IMG/VR virus record: IMGVR_UViG_3300032249_000628
Span: 6,970-70,969 of that record
Direction: 5' to 3' (one strand)
DNA length: 64,000 bases
Source of the DNA: a virus
Position numbers and translations under genes: made by a program. Shown here piece after piece: positions 9,814-18,800 of the stretch; position 1 is the first letter of the stretch; each line of letters starts with the position of its first letter. The notes under the pieces were generated by a model. It worked only from the letters and a program-made list of their open reading frames with translations, was not told the origin of the DNA and did no database searches.

Positions 9814-12800
9814 ATGAGTGATATTTGTTTATCTTGTGTAAAGAATTATTCTACTAGAATAGGCTCTGCTGGTAGCTTCAAAGCGAAAGCAATTGTCAAT
9901 CATTCTCCAATAATGAAAATTGGAGGGGTTGGAACCATTATAGTCAATAACTCTCTGAAATCTTCTAATGAAGCCAAGCTAGCAGCACAGGGGGATTTAA
10001 AGGGTAAATGTCAATTAAGTATTGGTTTACCGGCTTTATCAGAGTCTGGTATTGGAAAAATAAGAGGATCAGTACAATTAGCTAAAGCGAATCTATCTGC
10101 CCGCGTATCATCTATTTCCAAGATTCCTAATGTCAAAACTGATAAATTTGCAGGCTCTATAAATCAACTTAACAATATTAATGATTTTAATGCAACTCAA
10201 AAACTATATCCGATAAGAGATATCGTTACATCGCTAAATAATAGTTACTTTGTTGATAGTACCAACGGTACACAGAGCTTATTTGCCAATATCGATGAAG
10301 GTGTTTTTATTGGCAACTATACCAAGCATGGCAAAAATAGCAAAATTATTGCAGATGACAAGCTAACATTTATACAACCATCTTCTGTTATGAGCGATGG
10401 TGATTTTAGGTATACATGTGAAGTAACTAAGCCGATTGATAATGCAGAAGAGAGTTTTCTTTTTATTCGCGCCGCCGCCCCAACTTATACAAAATCTTCT
10501 TACATACCACCGCAATATAGAATACATAATATCAAACTGCTTGATCCTAGCGGCAACTTGGTTATAAAATATAAGGATATTTTTGTTCACGGAGATGCTG
10601 ATTATCAATCCGATTATGTGAACTTTGCCACATATATTTCAGAACCAGAAACTAATAATTTGTTGCTTCGCACTTGGGAGTCTGGTTATCCGCTGATGGG
10701 ATATCCAAGCGGGTATACTCTTAATTTAGATTTCTCAACTCAGTGTTTTTATGATCCTTTTTCAGAAGCTTTTAATAAAGGATATGAAGAATCCTGTGAG
10801 CAAGCAAATCTAGATAAAAACACCAACTTTGCTTTGACTAGAGAAAATTCTATAAGAATATCAGCTATAGAAATATGTAATAGTGGCGGCTATGACTCTG
10901 TTTTCTCTAGCGGTGTTGGAATCTTAAGAGATAATTATCTGCCATTCTATACGGACGTTGCTCCGATAGGACAAAGATTAACTAAGTATATCGTTCCTAT
11001 CGATATGATTGCTAGCGACGTTGATGTTGATATTTATCCAGAAGCATATAGTTTGTGGGAATCTAATCCTGACTCTTATGAAAATAAAGATAATAGTTTA
11101 ACTAATCCTACTAGAACTGCTTCAAGATTACAAGATGATTACCCATTCCACTATATCAAATTATTATCTAGCACACCACATATAGATAGCGGAAGATTAA
11201 CTCTAAGATTCACCAACCTTCCACCCAAAGCGGTTTGGTCGCAATCAGATGGATCATTCACTCAAGCATTCTCAAATAAATCATATAATATAGCAGAATT
11301 TGCACCATCAAAAGAAGACGATAATTTCTTTATAATCGATGAAGTATACTTAAAAGTAATAGCTAAAAAAGCTCCGGGTTCAGTCGATTATGCTTTAGAT
11401 GTTTTGGGATATAACGATGACAAATTATTGAATCGTACCCCAAAAATTGGAGCATTTTTACAAAACGAACTTGATATTAATCAGCGAGGTTTTACACCTC
11501 AAGTTTCTGGATTCCGACACATCGATGATTTTGGCATATCTACTCTTTCCATTTCAGACAAAGATCAAGTCTATATTAGGGATATAACTCTAAATCCAGC
11601 TAAAGATCATTATGAATTATCTCAGTCTCCATTAATTGACTCTACTAATTTTAAAGAATACAAAATCCCGCTTACTATATATGACGATCCTGTTCTAGTT
11701 GGTAAGTCAGTAGACTATAGAAATAGTTCATACATAGAAAATTTATTTGTTGATTTGTATCCTATTCCAAGCGGAGCAATTATTTCAACAGTACAGTTGG
11801 TTGTAAAGTACAAGCCGTCTAATGGCTTAATGCTCCATACTTTTGCTCAGGGGTCAAAAGAATTAACACGAAGAACAGTTAATCTAACACCATCAGCTAA
11901 ACAGTCTATTGATCCACCAATTTTTTCTAATGCTCCTTTGTCTTATATTTCTGGTATTCCGCAGGGATATACCAATGTAACAAAAACAAATTCTTCTAGA
12001 AGATGGAGAGGCGTTGGCGGCACTATTGTAAATGGTCCATACGATCCTAGAGCTTTTGACTTCTCATTTTATAATCCAGAAGTAAATGTTCCTTTCCTAT
12101 CTGGTTATTTTAATTTTAATCACACCACAGGAAACGTTATTTTATCAGAAGCTCTAGGCAACAATCTTGGTAATGTGAGCGGTCTATATGTTGGAGATTT
12201 GCAAAACAGTTTAATATCTAATATTGGAAATAGATTTAGGAATAATGATATATTCTCCACACAGTTGCCGGGATATAACTCACAATATAGAACTATAGAT
12301 TGGACTAGCTTATCTAGCGGTCAAATGAATTTTGTAAATGATCCATTATATGGCAAGATATCTGATTCTTATGAACACGCTGTTAGAACTTCTGGATCAA
12401 ATGGTTATATTTCTTTTCCACCATTTAATTCTGGGTTTCCAGTTGGCGGAAAGGGATTTGGATTTTATCTTAGATTTACTCCAGACGTTAGAAATAGTGG
12501 CGTAGGATATAATTTATTCAATTCTGGAGTTCTTGCTGCACAGCATACATCTAATCTAGGATTTATTTTATGCTATGAAAATGAGAATCTATGCTTAAAA
12601 TATCCGGGTGGTCAGATCAAAGATACTAGAAAATATTATGAGTACTCCTATCCTTTAAATGTATTAGTAACATTTGGTGAACTTGAGGTAAGTAATACTC
12701 CAAACTTATTTATTCCCATACAAGCTGACTCAAAATTTAAACTATATGTTGATAGCGATAATAGGGAATCAGTTTCTTCTTTAATTGGTGTGTCTAATAC

Positions 12801-15800
12801 AATTTCACCGGTATTAACTAGTAATATAACAGTCGGACACTGCGCATCTTCTGGCGTTGGATTAAATATGTTTGTACACGAAATAGGCTTAACGTCTATT
12901 GCAGTGGGATCAAATAATACAACCAAAGTCTGTAATATTGTACAAAACGCCCCAGTAGTTTCTCAGCCTTGGATCGATTACATAAATAATCCTCAAATTT
13001 CACAATTTGATAGAGAATCTGCTAGTGGGCTTGTTTTCCATCCATATGATAGACCTAGCCCGCTAAAATATATCTTAGCAGAAGACTTCTTTAAGTCAGT
13101 ATCCTCGAAATACATAGATAATGCAACGTATGATAAAAATTACTTATATGAATATATCGATGAAGATGTTTCATCTTGGAAATTAGGTGCTTTCAAAATA
13201 TGTTCTTTCTCTGCTGCTTTTGATAGCTTTACCAAACGTATAGGTAAAGATTTTATCAATCACTATATAAAGAGCAATGGGATATCTTATTCTGAGATTT
13301 TCGATTTATCTCTACCATCTAATATCTATGCCTCTGGATTATCATATCATACGCAAATAGAGAATGACTCTCTTAGAGTATTTTTATCTGATGTTCCAGA
13401 GAGTGGAAGTTTTTATTCTTCTCATCCAAGAATTTCTAAGACTTTACCAAGAGGTTATAACTTTGTAGAAGATGCATTGGTTGTGGACTCTATAATTCAG
13501 CATGAAACTCTTAACAATATATCTTGGTCTGATGGAAAAATTGGACCAAAGCTTATTGTTAGTTTGTATACCCCAACAAAAGACCCATCTTATGCTCCCA
13601 GTAAAAAGAATTGGGGTTTAGTTAATAGAGCTATTCATTTCTTAGAACCCTCTGGCTGTTGGCAAAAGATTAGTAGCACATTTAACTATCAAGATTTCTT
13701 AGACACATCAGAGCCTTGGGCAAATTTTGATTTTGATCAAAGCATAACTGAGTTTGATACAAAGTATTATTCTACAGATATTAATAGAATGTACTTGCAA
13801 TATGATCTTGTTTATCCGTCATCTGCCCCATTCGAATCTCAAATCAAATTACACTCGGTTAATGTTAGACTAGCAAATGCTCTAGTCTCAGAAGAGAATA
13901 TTAATAATGGTATCAATTTTTATTCCAATGCTGATAAGAAATGGTTAGAGGATATCAACTTATATGTTTATGGTCGCGGAGTTATGTCTGATGATCTAAA
14001 CTTATATACTAGCGGTACTTTTCCAGATTCTACATCCGGCAATTTCAATATGTTTGTTACCTCTGCTTATTATGCAAACGGAGAAAACATTAAACTATTT
14101 ACCTTGAATAAAAATACAATTGATAGCTCAACGTCACAATTATTTGGCGCTATTGCTGGAGAAGATTATTATTTAGGACCAAACCTCTACGTTTCTGGCA
14201 GATACAACAAGTTTGATGAACAGTCTTTACCCATTACCATTATCAATAGAATAGAGGACCAATCATCTAGCGGTTCTCTACCAATTTTTACTAAGAGCGT
14301 TGGATTGACAGAGGATACTAAATCTTCTATTATCTTACATATTCAAGCTTCTCCAACAAGATCGTCATTGGTATACAGAGAAGTTATGCCAATGTTCATA
14401 AATTCTCCTGCAATACCTCTTAAGGTAGACGGAGAAGATAACGGGCCGAAGATGAATCTATGGATTGATGGTAAAGATTTTAGTGTTACTTCCATTGATT
14501 CTTCAATAAATATGTTCTTAGTTAATTACCCAGCATTTAATGTAGCTGGATCACAACAAGACACCATTACTTGGAATAGCGACTATACTGGTAAAAATAT
14601 TGCTGTTGATGATAATAAATATGCATATTTAAATGCCAACGATGAAATTCGTGGCGTTGAATTATTATGTTACGGAAATTGTCAGAATACCGACTCTTGC
14701 TCAGAAATGCCCATTATATTGCATGAAGATATATGGTCCACACAAAATGATTGTGTAGACGGTGGCATATTTAGAGCTAAAAATACTTATACTAATCTAG
14801 AAACTAGCGGATTTAAAACAGACGTTGGGTATAGCGGACATTTCTATGGTATTAGAAAATATACTAATTTGATTCCACAAGCTCCTTACCTTGTTAATAT
14901 TGTAGGAAAAACTGGAAGTAAAGCCACCATTGAGTTACCAACAGAATATATAGAGAGCGAATACGGTATTGATGAAAATGTAATAAATAATATTACTGTT
15001 AATAGTGGATATACTAATTATACTAATAGAAAACTCACTGCTGATTCTATCTTAGGTAATCAATCATATTACGATAGACAAATCAATGAGAAGTTCGGAA
15101 AGTCTGTTGCAGTAAAAGGTAATTTGGCTTGTGTTGGCGCTCCGGGTCATAATATAGCATACACAGAGTATGATGCTAACGGCAATCTTGTTAATTATAC
15201 ATTAGATGATGCTGGAGCGGTATATATTTATCGTCGTGATAATAGACCAAGTGGATATTCTTGGCCCGAAGGAACACAAAAATCGTCTTGGTACTTAGAA
15301 GAAAGATTATATCTACCTTCTGGATTTTTAAAAGATTATTACGATAGAATAGAAACACAGTTGTTTTTCGGTGGACCTAATGCTATTCAAAGAAAGTGGA
15401 ACGTTGGACAAGAAGGAAGACAATTTGGGCATAGTTTAGATTTAGCAGTTTCTAATAATCATAAATCTTTTGGTCATGATAATAGAGAAGTACTTGTTGT
15501 TGGTGGACCAAGCGCAAAATGGAATAGAGATTTTGAAGACTTATATACTTCTGGTGTTCAAATTGGTGTTATAATTTTTACCGATGAATTTTTTCCAACA
15601 ATACCAGTACCAGGGCGTAGTCCAAGAAACTACTATTCTTATGAAGATATTCTAGAGACAATCTATAATAAAGACTTACTGTTTAGATATTTTGCTGATC
15701 CACCAATTCGTTTTGATGTCAAAGTAATTATTTGTGAACCTATTAAAAATACTAACACCATTGTAAAAGAATTTCCAGAACCAAAACCAGATTTTATCAT

Positions 15801-18800
15801 CAAGAAACAGATAGAAAGAATAAGGGGAATACGAACAGATGAGAAAGATCAAAGAATATTGAGTGGAATTAAAGAGGCTTTCCATGAAGCTTTCCCTTAT
15901 GATGAAAACAAATTACATAACAACATTCCGCTAATTCTAGGTTTATATTCTGACAATAGTGCTTCTATGAATAGGTCTTTAGGTAAAGCAAAAGACTTAT
16001 TTAAGAGTTACTATCTTGACTATAGCTTTGCTAGTGGTCTACGAGATTTTTATGGGGTAAGAAATTCTGGAGCATGTGTAGAATATACTTCCAACTTTGG
16101 CTCTGCTGAAAATTGGGTAATTATGAGCCAAACAATTTTAAATGATGTTCTTGATACCGGCAGATTGATTCAAAATGACCAAGTTAAATATTTAACATCT
16201 GGAGTTGGTCAAGAATTTTTTAATGAAAATCTATCACAATTTAACTACCCACCAGAAAGTGGTGGTAGAGTTTATATCTTTGAAAAAGAAAGCGGAGCTT
16301 GGAATCTTATTCAAGAGATAAGGTCGCCCAATATAACTTATGGCACACCAGACAGATTTGGACACGCGGTAGCAATTAGTGATGATACCGAAGTTATAGC
16401 TATCGGATCACCATACATTTCAGAAGCTTGTAAAGTATACGAATATAAACCAGAAGAAAAAGATAGACTATACGCCAGTCTATATTCTTGGTTAAGACAT
16501 AAGAATTCAATTACTGGAGGATTATCAGCAAAATATAGAAATCTAATATCTGATTACGAAAATTGGGCTAGTGCATACGGTATACAATATGCAAATCAAA
16601 TTTTATATTCTAAGATTGATTCTACAGATAAATTTGAAGCTAGAAAGTATTTTAATATTCGAGAATATCAAAATATCTACACATATGGTTATAATAGTAT
16701 TAATTATACTTTTGGAACATGGTCTTTCATACCAGAACACTTTGCTCCAACTTCAAGATTAGGCTATAGCGTTGATGTTAATGAAGATGGAACAGTTGTG
16801 GCTTTTGGTGCGCCAACAGACAGCTTCAACGAATGGGAAGATGGAAATGTATGGTATAAAAATGAAGGGTATAGTGACCCCGACAATGATGAAAATCTTA
16901 ATACAAATCTAATTAGTCCAAGCTGGATAAACAGCACAAATGCTGGAGCAGTAAGACTATTCGAAGCCAGAAAATATTATCCACATAATAGTGTTGTAGA
17001 ATTTGGTAAATTTGGAAACTTACAAGAAAGTATGTCTTTCCCAGAAGATTCTGGTCATTTTAATTATCTAGCTACAGCTTTTAGCGATATGAATTTCAGA
17101 AAAACAGAATTTACGGAAGTCAAGATTCCGCAAGAAGCCGGATTAGCATTTATTATAACGCCAGAAGTAGACGCTCTCAGTGACGAGGTGGCAGATAACA
17201 TTCTAAACTGGTTAGCACTTGGCGATAGGAATTTAGTATTAGTTGGCAATGATCCAATTTGGGAAAAAGATGGTATTTATGAAGATTCTAATGATATAGT
17301 TAACAAAATCTTAGAAAGATTAAAATCTAGATTAAGAATATTTCCAGCTAGAAATTCTTATGAAGCACTATCTTCTGGATGCTCTTGGGCATTACCCTCA
17401 TATATTCCACGTTATACAACTCCATCTTATATTCAGCCTATAATTACTAATGCATATGGTGTTGGCGATATTAGAATGTATCTAAAAAATAGTACAAATT
17501 TTGCTCAGTTTATGCCGTGTACATCTAAAAATGATAAGTTGCCTTCAGAATTGATAGATTATGGCGAGTCTGAATTTGAGATTATCAATGAAAAGTGTGA
17601 GTTACCACTTAAACATCTTGGAGATTTAAGAGCAGAATGGCTGGAAGTATGTACCACCTGTTTTGATGACAGGAAACTTTATTATCCTGTCAATTGGGCA
17701 TATTTATTCAGAACATATTCTCCCGCTTGTTGCTCACCAAAAGTTGGACCATTTAATTTGCCACAGCAAGAACCTGTACCATTGATGGTTGCTGGAGATT
17801 ATGTAATCAAAACTACAAAAATTCCAGCTTCTCCAGCAGTGTCTGGCATTAGACCAATTTTTAAAACTGTAACCCAAGAAGGTTCTTCTTCCGAAACTAT
17901 TTTTGATGCGCCCATATCCCCATCTAGCGTAGAATTTATTTGGAATTCTGGACAAAATACTTCTTCATATTTGAATCTTAATGATGGACAAATAAACTCT
18001 GATGGACTATTCTACACGCCAGAAATATTTGATGATCGACAATCTTTGATTATGGCAAACGCTATTCCTCAATCTGAAATGCTTGAACAAAGAGAACTCA
18101 TTTCTCCGGCTGGATATTATTGTGTAGAAGAAACACTTGAAAATGGATCGTCTAAGATTATATTTATCGCTGGGGTATTTACTGAATCAGAAAATAATCT
18201 ATACTCTGGCGGGGGTGATCGAAATCTTAATTTTTATGCCAATTTGGTAGGAAAAACTATAGAAGGAGAGTCCTTGGTGGCACAGCTTGGTGGCTGGACC
18301 AATAGAGCTAGTTTTGCAGAAGGGTATGAAAAATCATTCTTACTTGATCTATTCCTAAATCTTGGCAATGATGTAGAAGAAAACGTCACAACGATATCAG
18401 ATCAACACGATGTTTGCTGGATCGCTAATGCTGCCGGTATTCCATCTCCAGAAGAATTAAATCAAATCAAATCTTGGTTGAATCTACCAAACAAAAAATT
18501 AATTATTACATACGACAATACAACATCTCAGGTACTAATTGCTAAACAAATTTCTGATTTATTAAACAGTAGAATTAAGCCACTATACTTGCCAGTTTTA
18601 GATATATACCCAATAGTAAATATTGGTATTGGTTATTTCAACAGCAGGGGTTACTTAGAATTTAACTCAATTCATCCGGTGTCTACTGGACGGAATGCCA
18701 ATACATCTATAACTTATTTTTATATTGTAGATTTTGCGGGGTTTGTGCCTCTCGCTCTTGTGCAAGACACAGTTCCAATCTGTTATGATACACAACCAAT